Assembly (NCBI GenBank): GCA_050287085.1
Contig: JBNKBE010000004.1
Location: 32,278 to 96,277 of the forward strand
Origin: Polyangiaceae bacterium
Lineage (GTDB): Bacteria; Myxococcota_A; Polyangia; Polyangiales; Polyangiaceae
Direction of reading: 5' to 3'
DNA: 64,000 nt
The translations under genes and the position numbers were made by a program. A model generated the notes under the pieces. That model was not told where the DNA came from and did no database searches. It saw only the letters and a list, made by a program, of their open reading frames with translations. Of this stretch, positions 48,883 through 59,055 are shown one piece after another (positions within the stretch are counted from its first letter, which is position 1; every line of letters begins with the position of its first letter).

Positions 48883-49047
48883 CCTGCCTTGTGGTCGGCG
48901 TCAAGCACGCCTTGGAGCGAAGGCGGGCCCGATGAGGAGCGGGAGGACTGCGTCCTCACCTGAGTTCCTTAAAAGTTAGGGCTCGTACTACTTGCGACTA
49001 ACGCCGGCGCTGCGCCGACCGTATCGCTACCGACACGAGGGAGTCAT

Positions 49048-51036
49048 ATGACGAGGAAGTCGGAGCAACCCCCGCTTTCATGCGGGGCGCTGGGTGCGGG
49101 TTCGCGGCTGCCGCGGCGCCGCTGTAAGAAGCCAACACAAGCGCCTAATGCTAACGCGCTGGCAGGCTACCGGCGCACGGCATGGGCGCTCTTGGCGCGC
49201 GCGCTATTCGTGCTGCTCTTCGGGTGGAGTTCGGAGCTCATGGCTCAAGGGTTCGTGCTCAGTCGCTACAACCCACCGCAGGTTGGCGGACCCTTTGCTG
49301 CGGTGATGTCCCCCTTCCTGGCTGCTCCCTGGGCACCGGCCGGAGCCGCCCTTGTCGACTACGCTTACAAGCCCCTGGTCGTCGAGTCGGACGCCGGGCT
49401 CGTGCGGCGCGTGGTGTCGCATCAGGCCCACCTGCATCTCGGCGCGAGCGTTTCGCTGCTGCCTCGTTTGGCTGCGGATATCAACGTGCCGCTTGCCCTC
49501 TATCAAGCGGGCGACAATCCAACGCTCGTTGCCGGCGAGTTCCGATCCCCGGACTCGGCCCAGCTAGGTGACATCCGCGTAGGGCTCCGGCTAAGGGTTA
49601 TCGGCGATCACGAGGATGACAGCTGGCAAGCCGCGTTGGGGGCCATGGTCTGGCTACCGTCAGGGGCGGACTCCAAGGATTCGTTTGTGGGTTCCGGTGA
49701 TGCCCGCGCGATGCCCATGGTACTGCTGGGCGGACGCCAGCCGTGGGGTGTTTGGGCAGCGAGCGGGGGCGTCGAGTTGAGACCAAGCACAACTTACGCG
49801 GGGACGTCCCAGGGGAGCATGGCCCACCTGGGCGCCGCCGCGGGCTTTGATGTCGACAACGCTAGAACGTTGCAATGGGGACCAGAGCTGACCTTGGCGA
49901 CGGTGGTTCGTGACCTCAGCCGAGAGAACTTCAATTCTGAGCTCTTGGTATCCGCCCGCTGGCGCTTCCTTGGCTCGTGGGTTCTGTCCGGGGGGGCGGG
50001 ACCGGGGCTCAGTTCTGGGATCGGGACGCCTGCGTTCCGGGGCCTGTTGGGGCTTTCGTGGGTGCCGCAACGAGTGAGCGATCGGGATGGGGACGGCATC
50101 GACGATCCGCTCGATGCCTGTGCGGACGCGCGAGGCGAAGCGAGCTCCGACTCGGCTCGGCACGGGTGTCCGCGGCTCGACGCCGACGACGACGGTATTG
50201 AAGACGCCGCTGACGCCTGTCCCAACGCGGCCGGTCCTTCCCGCTCCACTCCGGAGGCCAATGGTTGCCCGGATACGGATGGCGATACGGTGCTAGACCT
50301 GCAGGACGCTTGCCCAGAGCAACCAGGATCGCCCAGCCGCGTTGCCGCCGAAAACGGGTGCCCTTCCGATCAAGACGGTGATGGCGTGGTGGATGGTGAC
50401 GACGCATGTCCAGCCACTCCGGGACTGAAGCACGCGGAGCCAACGCTCTCAGGTTGCCCCCCCGACCGGGATGGTGACGGGGTCATTGACCTTGAAGATG
50501 CCTGTCCCGCGCACGCGGGGCCAAGGGCCGACGAACCCGCGCGTAACGGCTGTCCAGATCGGGACGGAGACGCCATTGCCGATCTCCAAGATGCGTGTCC
50601 GGACGAGCCCGGACCGAGCTCGCCGGAGCCGAGCAAGCACGGCTGTCCAACTGTTCGAGTCACTGAGCAGGAAGTTCTGATCCTCGAACGGGTGGAGTTT
50701 GAAACGGGCAAGGCGACCATCGTCGCGATCAGTTTTCCCCTGCTCGACGCCATTGCTGGTGTGCTGACAGCCCATCCGGAATTGGTGCGGGTGGAAGTTC
50801 AAGGGCACACCGACGACCGAGGGCCACGCTGGCTGAACCGTCGACTCTCCCAGCAGCGCGCTGAGGCCGTTGCGGGGGCTTTGCAGCAACGTGGGGTTTC
50901 CGCCGCTCGTTTACTCGCGACTGGCTACGGGCCCGACAAGCCTCTCGAAAGCAACGAAAGCGAAGCAGGACGAAGCGTGAATCGACGCGTTCAGATCAAG
51001 ATTCTGGAACGCGCGGCACAGAAGGAGACCCGGTGA
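49048..51036 (+). CDS. OmpA-family outer-membrane protein with beta-barrel, six TSP3-like repeats and OmpA C-terminal domain (TraB-like architecture)
   Basis: DYAYKPLV, GDIRVGLR, GIGTPAFR; 6x DxDxDxxxDxxDAC; GHTDDRG...LSQQRAEAV...NRRV. Confidence 0.85.
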   Translation: MTRKSEQPPLSCGALGAGSRLPRRRCKKPTQAPNANALAGYRRTAWALLARALFVLLFGWSSELMAQGFVLSRYNPPQVGGPFAAVMSPFLAAPWAPAGAALVDYAYKPLVVESDAGLVRRVVSHQAHLHLGASVSLLPRLAADINVPLALYQAGDNPTLVAGEFRSPDSAQLGDIRVGLRLRVIGDHEDDSWQAALGAMVWLPSGADSKDSFVGSGDARAMPMVLLGGRQPWGVWAASGGVELRPSTTYAGTSQGSMAHLGAAAGFDVDNARTLQWGPELTLATVVRDLSRENFNSELLVSARWRFLGSWVLSGGAGPGLSSGIGTPAFRGLLGLSWVPQRVSDRDGDGIDDPLDACADARGEASSDSARHGCPRLDADDDGIEDAADACPNAAGPSRSTPEANGCPDTDGDTVLDLQDACPEQPGSPSRVAAENGCPSDQDGDGVVDGDDACPATPGLKHAEPTLSGCPPDRDGDGVIDLEDACPAHAGPRADEPARNGCPDRDGDAIADLQDACPDEPGPSSPEPSKHGCPTVRVTEQEVLILERVEFETGKATIVAISFPLLDAIAGVLTAHPELVRVEVQGHTDDRGPRWLNRRLSQQRAEAVAGALQQRGVSAARLLATGYGPDKPLESNESEAGRSVNRRVQIKILERAAQKETR

Positions 51037-54000
51037 TGAAACGTGTGGCTCGCCGTATTCTCAGAGCTCTGGGTTACCTTTGGCTGCTGTCTGCCATGTT
51101 TGTCATGGTTCCCCGTTCAGCCTGGGCGGCCACGTTCCCGGCGGATGGCGACTGGGTTCCGCTACTCCAATCCGGGGTCTACATTGGTGATCCGAGTGAC
51201 GACGGGATGGGGAACGGTCGCGAGATCGTGGGCTCCGACACCGACGCGGCTGTGATGGTCTTCGCGGGAACCACGGACTTTTTCCTGAGAATGCGGCTCG
51301 ACATCCCTCCGGGTACTGGCAGCCCGACGATCGACAATCTGAAGTCCTTTGGGTGGGGTATCTTGATCGATACCGACGGCGATCTGGCGGACTACGAGTT
51401 CGCGCTGATGGCCAATGGCATTACCGAGGAGATCGAGTTTGCGAAGAACACCAGCAAAACCGGCGTGGGGGATCCGAGTGACAGCGCCGAGACGCTGCTC
51501 AAGTCCTACACGAACGACTTTGGGACGAGCGGAAACATCCGGGTCATCGATGCGGGGACTAGCTTCAACGGAAACGCCGACTACTTCCTGGATTTCTCCC
51601 TGCCCCTTTCCGATTTCTTGGGGGCAGGGATCAGCCTGTCAGATCCCCTGAGGTTCATCGCTGGTACCTCCAACAACGCTCGCTCGATCACGGTTGATCT
51701 CTCGGGCACCTCGACTCCGCCTGGCGCCGGTACTTTGAGCCTGGCGGCCACCGATTCGTCGACACTTGGGGGGGCGCCGCCGCCCGCGGATTCCGACGGG
51801 GATGGCGTGGTGGACGCTGAGGACTCGGCTCCGAGCGATCCCCTTGTGTGCCGAGATCTCGACGGCGACGGTTGCGACGATTGCACGAGCGGTAGCGCCG
51901 ACGTAGGCAACGACGGGACCGACACCGACGCGGACGGCATCTGCGACGGCGGAGACAATTGCTCGAGTGTGGCCAACGCCGGCCAGCAAGACGCGGACGC
52001 GGACGGCGTCGGAGATGCTTGCGACAATTGCCCCGCCGATGCGAATCCGGCGCAGACCAACACCGATGCCAGCGCCGACGGCGGCGACGCTTGCGACACC
52101 GACGATGATAACGATGGCGTACTGGATGGCGCTGATACCGACCCGCTAGACCCCTTCGTCTGTGAGGACTCCGACTCCGACACCTGCGACGATTGCTCCG
52201 TGCTCGGAGCCGCCGCGCCTGCCAATGACGGTCTGGACTCGGATGGGGACGGAATCTGCAATCTTGGAGACACCTGTAATCCCGGGGATCCGGACTCCGA
52301 TCTGGACGGGATCGCGGACGCCTGTGACAACTGCCCTGACGACGCGAACCCAGCGCAGGCGAACGCAGATGGCGCTTCCGACGGAGGCGACGCTTGCGAT
52401 CTGGACGACGATAACGACGGCGTTGCGGACGTGCTCGACGTGGACCCACTGGACGCGCTGGCGTGTCAGGACAGCGACGCGGACGGCTGCGACGACTGCT
52501 CGGTGGCGGGAACTTCAGCTCCGAGCAACGATGGAACCGACAGCGACGGGGACGGGATCTGCGACCTGACGGATACCTGCTTTGGCGCCAATACGGATGA
52601 CGACAGCGATGGCGTTCCGGACGGGTGTGACAATTGCCCGCTTGTAAGCAATGCGGCGCAACTCAATGCGGATGGGGCCATGGACGGCGGTGACGCCTGC
52701 GATCTGGACGACGACAATGACGGCGTCGAGGATGTGGCCGACGGCGATCCCCTGGACCGATTTGCGTGTCGGGACAACGACGGAGATGGCTGTGACGATT
52801 GCTCATTGGACGGTGCGCCCAATACGGCAAATGATGGCGCGGATAGCGACGGAGATGGGATCTGCGATCTCTCCGACACCTGCGATGGCTCGGCTCTGGA
52901 CACCGACCTCGACGGCATTGCTGACGGCTGCGACAATTGTCCCCGGGTTGCCAATCCGGGGCAAGAGAACACCGATGGCGCTGCCGATGGCGGCGACGTC
53001 TGCGACTTGGACGACGACAACGATGGGGTTGCAGACGAAGCGGATTCGTCTCCCTTCAACCCTTGGCTCTGCCAGGACGTAGACGCCGATGGGTGTGACG
53101 ATTGCTCGGTCATGGCGAGGCCGCTGCCAGCCAACGACGGTCCCGACGCCGACGGAGACGGGATCTGCGATCTGTCCGATAGCTGCGAGGGACCGCTCCT
53201 GGACGACGATGGCGACGGTGTTGTCAACAACTGTGATAACTGCCCCAGCGTTGCAAACCCGGGGCAGGAAAACACGGATGGAGCCCCGGACGGCGGCGAC
53301 GCCTGCGACCCGGATGACGATGGCGACGGCGTTGCCGATGGAGACGACGCGGCTCCTCTTAATTCCAGAATATGTCAGGATGTGGATGCGGACGGCTGCG
53401 ACGATTGCGCCGTGACGGCAACAGCATCGCCCGACAACGACGGCCCGGACGCCGACGGAGACGGTATCTGCGACGCGACTGATCCGTGCCTTGGAGCTGC
53501 GGTAGACCAGGACTCAGACGGAGTATTTGATGCTTGCGATAACTGTCCAAGTGTATTCAATCCAGGACAGGAGAATACGGATCGCGCTCCCGACGGAGGC
53601 GACGCTTGCGACGCTGATGACGACAATGACGGTGTCCTTGACGTTCAGGACGGAAGTCCCACCGATCCCAGGAGCTGCCGCGACGAAGACCTGGACGGAT
53701 GTGACGACTGCTCGGTCATGGGCGTTGCAAACCCGGCGAGCGACGGGCCCGACGCAGATGGGGATGGTATTTGCGACTCCGGAGACGAAGACACCGACGG
53801 TGACGGCGTCCCCGACGGTCAAGACCTCGCCCCCCTGGATGCCAGCCGCTGCTTCGACCGGGACGAGGATACCTGTGATGACTGCGCCAGCGGGGCCCTT
53901 TCGCCGCGAAATGACGGGTCCGACCGGGACGGAGACGGACTTTGTGACGCGGGTGAGGTGATATACCACAGCGATCCGAATGACGCCGACAGCGACGACG

Positions 54001-55421
54001 ATGGCGTGCCGGACGGGGATGAACCAGAGTGGAATGTGGACTCGGACGGGGATGGGTGGGTCAATGCGCTCGATCCGGACAGTGACAATGACGGTCTGTT
54101 TGACGGCACTGAATTGGGCCTGGGCTGTTCTGCTCGTGCAACAGACCGGTCGAGAGGGGTCTGCGTACCCAGCGCCGATCCTGCGAACACAAGCGACCCA
54201 CTTCGGGCAGACCGCGACGCAGAGCTGCCAGACAACGACGGGGACGGTCTGAGCGATGCGCTGGAGGAACTCTTGGGGTCGGATCCGCACGATGCCGACT
54301 CGGACGACGACGGCTTGCAAGATGGCCAGGAGCCCAATCCCTACGCCGACAGCGACGGGGACGGGCTCATCAATATTCTGGACGTCGACAGCGACAACGA
54401 CGGGCTCTTCGATGGAACGGAGATGGGGGCCGATTGCGCCGGGGCGGGCACCGATCGGAGTCGGGGGCATTGCCGTCCCGATGGCGATTCAGCCGCGACG
54501 ACCACCTCGCCGCTCAGGTGGGACACGGACGGCGGCGGTGTCTCCGATGGCAGCGAAGACTTCAACCTGAACGGTGTGGTGGAAGCGGGCGAAGGTGAGC
54601 CGAACTGGGCAAGCGATGATGTTGCCTTGAGCGACAGCGATGGAGACGGATTAAGCGATGGCATGGAGGTCGCTCTCGGAACCGACCCGAACGATCAGGA
54701 CTCGGACGACGATGGACTGTTGGACGGCGAGGAACCCAATCCAAGCGATGACCACGATGGGGATGGGTGGGTCAACGCGCTCGATTTCGACAGCGACAAC
54801 GACCTGATTTTCGATGGGCGCGAGGCGGGTTCGGATTGCTCGAACCCGGCCACGGACGCGACCGCGGGGCACTGTTCTCCCGATCCGGACGGCGGCGCTA
54901 CTCGGACAAATCCCCTGCTGCCCGATCCGAACGCTGCGGTGGCGGACGCAGGGGCTCCTCCTGCATCGGCTCCCGCGTCGACGGATGGTGGCGAGGGCGC
55001 GGCGGACACCGGAGCTACGAACCCACCAGTGCAGCCGAGGGACGCGGGCGCTCCGGTTAGGGTCTGCGTCGAGGACCACGATTGCGGCGACATCGACAGC
55101 GGTCGGGTGTGTGAGAAGGACTCGTGTGTGATGGGTTGCCGAGGAGAGGGGGGCAATGGTTGCCCGCTGGGCTATGAGTGCAGCTCTGTCGGCCGCGCCA
55201 TCGGCGATTGCGAGCGCTCGGTCAAGCCAGGGGCGGAGGACGCTCAGGTCTTCTCACGCGATGCGGGTACGGCGCGCGGGGAAAGCTCCCGCGTCACGGC
55301 GCGGGGCAGCGGGCTGCTGTGCGCCACCAAGCACATTGGGTACCCAGCTTCGGGTGGGCAGCTTGCCGGGTGGCTGATTCTCGGTGGACTGGCGCTCCGT
55401 CGGCGAAGGCGACTTGGCTGA
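51033..55421 (+). CDS. 1462-aa secreted Asp/Cys-rich TSP3-repeat surface protein with Cys-rich module and MYXO-CTERM-like sorting tail
   Basis: Signal peptide (AWA-A), about 215-aa globular N-domain, two repeat families, CVEDHDC...GCRGEGGNGC...GDC, then GSGLLCA-linker-TM-RRRRR. Confidence 0.85.
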   Translation: MMKRVARRILRALGYLWLLSAMFVMVPRSAWAATFPADGDWVPLLQSGVYIGDPSDDGMGNGREIVGSDTDAAVMVFAGTTDFFLRMRLDIPPGTGSPTIDNLKSFGWGILIDTDGDLADYEFALMANGITEEIEFAKNTSKTGVGDPSDSAETLLKSYTNDFGTSGNIRVIDAGTSFNGNADYFLDFSLPLSDFLGAGISLSDPLRFIAGTSNNARSITVDLSGTSTPPGAGTLSLAATDSSTLGGAPPPADSDGDGVVDAEDSAPSDPLVCRDLDGDGCDDCTSGSADVGNDGTDTDADGICDGGDNCSSVANAGQQDADADGVGDACDNCPADANPAQTNTDASADGGDACDTDDDNDGVLDGADTDPLDPFVCEDSDSDTCDDCSVLGAAAPANDGLDSDGDGICNLGDTCNPGDPDSDLDGIADACDNCPDDANPAQANADGASDGGDACDLDDDNDGVADVLDVDPLDALACQDSDADGCDDCSVAGTSAPSNDGTDSDGDGICDLTDTCFGANTDDDSDGVPDGCDNCPLVSNAAQLNADGAMDGGDACDLDDDNDGVEDVADGDPLDRFACRDNDGDGCDDCSLDGAPNTANDGADSDGDGICDLSDTCDGSALDTDLDGIADGCDNCPRVANPGQENTDGAADGGDVCDLDDDNDGVADEADSSPFNPWLCQDVDADGCDDCSVMARPLPANDGPDADGDGICDLSDSCEGPLLDDDGDGVVNNCDNCPSVANPGQENTDGAPDGGDACDPDDDGDGVADGDDAAPLNSRICQDVDADGCDDCAVTATASPDNDGPDADGDGICDATDPCLGAAVDQDSDGVFDACDNCPSVFNPGQENTDRAPDGGDACDADDDNDGVLDVQDGSPTDPRSCRDEDLDGCDDCSVMGVANPASDGPDADGDGICDSGDEDTDGDGVPDGQDLAPLDASRCFDRDEDTCDDCASGALSPRNDGSDRDGDGLCDAGEVIYHSDPNDADSDDDGVPDGDEPEWNVDSDGDGWVNALDPDSDNDGLFDGTELGLGCSARATDRSRGVCVPSADPANTSDPLRADRDAELPDNDGDGLSDALEELLGSDPHDADSDDDGLQDGQEPNPYADSDGDGLINILDVDSDNDGLFDGTEMGADCAGAGTDRSRGHCRPDGDSAATTTSPLRWDTDGGGVSDGSEDFNLNGVVEAGEGEPNWASDDVALSDSDGDGLSDGMEVALGTDPNDQDSDDDGLLDGEEPNPSDDHDGDGWVNALDFDSDNDLIFDGREAGSDCSNPATDATAGHCSPDPDGGATRTNPLLPDPNAAVADAGAPPASAPASTDGGEGAADTGATNPPVQPRDAGAPVRVCVEDHDCGDIDSGRVCEKDSCVMGCRGEGGNGCPLGYECSSVGRAIGDCERSVKPGAEDAQVFSRDAGTARGESSRVTARGSGLLCATKHIGYPASGGQLAGWLILGGLALRRRRRLG
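51789..53960 (+). repeat. 303-bp (101-aa) coding tandem repeat: 6 full and 2 half units
   Basis: Unit starts at 52101, 52404, 52707, 53010, 53313 and 53616 are exactly 303 bp apart; each full unit carries 8 Cys (C, CDDC, C, C, CDNC, C). Confidence 0.9.
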
Positions 55422-55450
55422 GCGAGCGCCACAAGAGGCGTTGGCGTGTG

Positions 55451-58400
55451 TTAACCTGTGGCTTGTACGCGACGACCATGGAGCGGCAACGGCCAGGTGT
55501 GTTGAAGCACCTGCGGCCGGCAGCGTTCCAGTTCGGAGCGTACGGCGGTCACCGTGGGGCGCAAGCGCGGATCGCGCCTTAGGCAGGCGGCAAAGATGAC
55601 CGCCAGCTCACGCAGACCCGGGTGAGTTGCGAAATTGGAAAGGGGCTCGGGCCAGCCGTCATGGGCTACCTGACGGGCGATGAGAGCGGTTTCGTTATCG
55701 GCATCGAACAACAATTGGCCTGTGAGCAACTGCATGGCCATGCACGCAAATGCGTAGATGTCGGCTGGGCGTGCTTGTGCTTCGTGGCCGTCGGGAACGA
55801 CACCGAGCACTTCCGGGGCGCAGTACTCGGGCGTACCGCAACCCGGGCGCAGGGCGCGCCCGCTAAGGCCGAAGTCCACGAGAACGGGCGTCTTGCCGTC
55901 GCGCAAGATGACGTTGGAGGGCTTGATGTCGAGGTGGGCCACCCCCACTGCATGCATCGCGGCGAGACCGTCCAGGATGCCGCGCATGTAGTCGAACACC
56001 GGAGCCAAGCTCAATGAACGAGAGCGGATGAGCTTCTCCAGCGAATCCCCGAAGATCATTTCCATCACTAGGATGGGCTTTGGGCGCGCGGCGAGATCGA
56101 AGTTGACGAAGCGGGCAAGATTGGGGTGTTTGGGCAGGGCCAGAAGAGCTCCCGCTTCGTCTCGGAACATGTCCATGAATTGCTGTTCCGACAGGCTACG
56201 AGCCGTTGACGGATCGAACTCCGGCACTTTGAGAGCGAAGGCCTCAGCCGCGTCGTCGCGGCGCTCCTCCAACCGTCGCGCGAGGAATACCGACGATACT
56301 CCGCCGCTACCGATCGGTCGCAGCACGTAGAATGCGCCGATCGTTCGCCGCGGAAGCAGCCAATCAGGCAGCGCGGCCCGGGGTGGTTTCAGCGGCGCCA
56401 GGGCTCGCGTGGCTGGGGCTTCGATCGGCAGCGCCACCAGCCGTCGCAGGCCTAGCTTGAGCGGGGGGCGTAGCGAAGCGGGCAGCGCAGCCAAGAGGCC
56501 ATTCATGGCGCCTTCGAGTGCGTTTTCGTCCGGCTTGTGTTTGCGGCGCAGGGCTTGCTCCACGACGGCGGAGACGGGCGGATGGCTCCCGGGGGCGCTG
56601 GGGCGGAGAGTTTGGCCGCGTGGGAGCAAGCGATTGCGCGAGCCGTCGGTGAGGCGCACGACATCCGAAAGGTGACGTTCCAGTTCCTCGAGCGCGTTGC
56701 TGCCACCCGCTTCAGTCGCGACGAGTTCCGATAGCCCTCTGGCTTCGCCGATTGTGGACAGCTCGCGTCCGATGCGGTGAAGCGCCTGGCGCAGGGCTTC
56801 GCCTCGGGCCGTCGCGTCGACCCCGACGGCGCGACTGAGCGCCTCAAAGCGTCGGGCCGGCGACGGCGCCTCTTCCTCCTCGTCGGCGGTCAAGAATGCC
56901 AAATAGCCGCGCAGCGCCGTGCGCATGGCGTGGTGGGTTGAGGCATCCGCGAGTGCGAGCACCGAGTCTTGCTCGGAGACGCGTTCAAGGGTGAGCAGCA
57001 GCAGGTCGCCCACGTCAGAAACGCCTTCGCGCACGGCGGCATCGAAGCAGCGAGCCAGGGTTGCGCACACGACGCGCCTAAGCGGCGAGGGGGGTGGCGC
57101 GGAGAGCGACCGTACCAACGTTTGCAAGGCGCTGCGCAGAAGCCCTCGCAGCTTTTCTGCTTGCTGCTCCTGAGAAGGCTGGGTGGTCTGCACGTCCAGC
57201 AGGTGCAGCAGGGCCACGAGCGCTTGTTGCCGTGCGCGCAGCACCCGAGGCGTCCAATCCTGATGTAGGTCTTGGTGTTCTTCGCCCTCTTGAAGCCAGG
57301 TGGTAAGCTGACGATAGAGAGTGTCAAGGCGGGGCGCCGACGCGTCGGGGTCACCTGGTCGGCGACCTAGAAGCAGTAGATCGTAGAGTCGCGCTTGTTC
57401 GAGCGTGCTCTCGTCCAGGTCGATCAAGGTTGGCAGCGCGAGGTCCAGACCCGCGGGATCATAGGCGTTGTCGAGCAGTCGTTTCGTGGCTTCTTCTGCG
57501 AGGGCGAGGGCTTCGACGGCTAGCTCCTGGGCCGTCGCTGCTCCGCTGGTTTCGTAGGCCGCGAGCGCGCGTCGCGTCGCGTCGTAAACCGATTGCCGAC
57601 CGGACGGTGTAGCGCTGCGCTCACGCAGCTGCAGCGCACATATCATCACCAGAGGGTCCGACTGCGGTTCGAGTTGTGCCAAGGTCCGAGCGCTTTGGAC
57701 GGCCGCTGCTTCTCCAAAAGCGGGGTTCGATACCTCACGCAGGAGCTTGACCAAAGCAGCTTGGGTGGCGCGGTTCGGTATGGCCGCGAGCTGGAGTAGC
57801 AGTTCTTCGGCGAGCTCAGGCTCCGACTCCACCACACGCGGCAGACCCCAGACAAAGGTGGTGTAGATCCCCGGATGGCGTTGCCCCAAGGGTCCGTTCA
57901 GCACGGCACGGCATTGGGGCATCCATTCGGGATCGACCGTCAGTCCAGCGACCAACGACACCACGCTGCGACGCCACTCCGTCGGGGTGAGCGCCGGGTC
58001 GAGAGCCAGCTCGATTTCCTCACGCTGTTTGTTGTCGCGAGTCGCCAACAGACCTCGAGCACTGGCTGCATGGCGCCACACCAAGGGTTCCTTATCCGCG
58101 AGCAAGCGGTGCAGAGTGTTCAGTCGTTGACCCGAGCACATCAGCTCGAGCGGGTACGGATCTCCCTGCTGCGCGCGCAAGACCGCCTCGCGTGCCGCTT
58201 GTTCCAAGATCTGCGCCGCCAACTGTCTTGGATGCAGGGCGCCGTAACTTTCCCGAGCAACCCACTCGGTGAAGTGGAAGTCCCGGCTGACGAGGGCGAG
58301 CGCAAGTGGACCGACATTGACGCCACTTCCGATCGGCAAAGAGAAACAGAGCCGAACTCGGGCTCGCAAAGTCGCGGACTGCAGCTGTTTGACCGAGCCC

Positions 58401-58765
58401 CAGGCCATGCGAGCAGCGACCTGGGCAAACGCTCCCGCGGGGCCTCCGTACAGTCGCGAGAAAACGCGTCGCCCGTAGTCCCTCCGCACCTGCCCGTGGG
58501 GAAGCGCCATCATCAACTCGTAGAGCGCGACCCCAGCGCCACCACTTTCGATCCAGTCGAGGTCGTCTGCGAATCCGCTGTCGAGGGCGAGTCGGCAAGC
58601 GGTCTCAAGGAGGTGCGAGTTGACGCTCTCTAGGGGAGGGGGACTGCGTCCACTACTCTGACTGAGCGCCACGATGACCTGCCGGAAGCGAGCGTGACGC
58701 TCGTCCGGGTCGGCCTGTTGCGCGAGGGTGATCAGAAGCTCTGCAGTGGTGGGTCGGACGCGCAT
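55451..58765 (-). CDS. Ser/Thr protein kinase with about 800-aa alpha-helical N-terminal region and C-terminal kinase domain
   Basis: GSGGVSSV, FALK, HLDIKPSN, DFG, GTPEYCAPE, DIYAF; HEAT-like LLADKEPLVWRHAA in the N-terminal part. Confidence 0.88.
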   Translation of the reverse strand: MRVRPTTAELLITLAQQADPDERHARFRQVIVALSQSSGRSPPPLESVNSHLLETACRLALDSGFADDLDWIESGGAGVALYELMMALPHGQVRRDYGRRVFSRLYGGPAGAFAQVAARMAWGSVKQLQSATLRARVRLCFSLPIGSGVNVGPLALALVSRDFHFTEWVARESYGALHPRQLAAQILEQAAREAVLRAQQGDPYPLELMCSGQRLNTLHRLLADKEPLVWRHAASARGLLATRDNKQREEIELALDPALTPTEWRRSVVSLVAGLTVDPEWMPQCRAVLNGPLGQRHPGIYTTFVWGLPRVVESEPELAEELLLQLAAIPNRATQAALVKLLREVSNPAFGEAAAVQSARTLAQLEPQSDPLVMICALQLRERSATPSGRQSVYDATRRALAAYETSGAATAQELAVEALALAEEATKRLLDNAYDPAGLDLALPTLIDLDESTLEQARLYDLLLLGRRPGDPDASAPRLDTLYRQLTTWLQEGEEHQDLHQDWTPRVLRARQQALVALLHLLDVQTTQPSQEQQAEKLRGLLRSALQTLVRSLSAPPPSPLRRVVCATLARCFDAAVREGVSDVGDLLLLTLERVSEQDSVLALADASTHHAMRTALRGYLAFLTADEEEEAPSPARRFEALSRAVGVDATARGEALRQALHRIGRELSTIGEARGLSELVATEAGGSNALEELERHLSDVVRLTDGSRNRLLPRGQTLRPSAPGSHPPVSAVVEQALRRKHKPDENALEGAMNGLLAALPASLRPPLKLGLRRLVALPIEAPATRALAPLKPPRAALPDWLLPRRTIGAFYVLRPIGSGGVSSVFLARRLEERRDDAAEAFALKVPEFDPSTARSLSEQQFMDMFRDEAGALLALPKHPNLARFVNFDLAARPKPILVMEMIFGDSLEKLIRSRSLSLAPVFDYMRGILDGLAAMHAVGVAHLDIKPSNVILRDGKTPVLVDFGLSGRALRPGCGTPEYCAPEVLGVVPDGHEAQARPADIYAFACMAMQLLTGQLLFDADNETALIARQVAHDGWPEPLSNFATHPGLRELAVIFAACLRRDPRLRPTVTAVRSELERCRPQVLQHTWPLPLHGRRVQATG

Positions 58766-59055
58766 GAGGTCGATACGGTGCGCCCCCCCGGACGCCCGCC
58801 ACACGCGCTGAGGGCAAATGGGGGGGCGAAGCCACTCGATACGAGTGAGGGCGGGACAAGGAGAGGCGGCCGCACGAAGCTTCGGCCCCAACCACATATT
58901 TGGCTCGGAACCGCAAAGCGCGCCACCCTTCGACCGGGGCCCGTTCCGAATCAGGGTATGGGGCCGGCATTCACCAGGCCACCGCCGATTCGGATCGTGT
59001 CGATTGCTCGTTTCCGCTCTAGGCGCCAGGACGCGCCGACGTTAAACCACTTCGC

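Noticed and set aside
51789..53960. Long regular repeat as a non-coding array
   Set aside because: Period is a multiple of 3, in frame and diverged at synonymous sites; it is a protein repeat.
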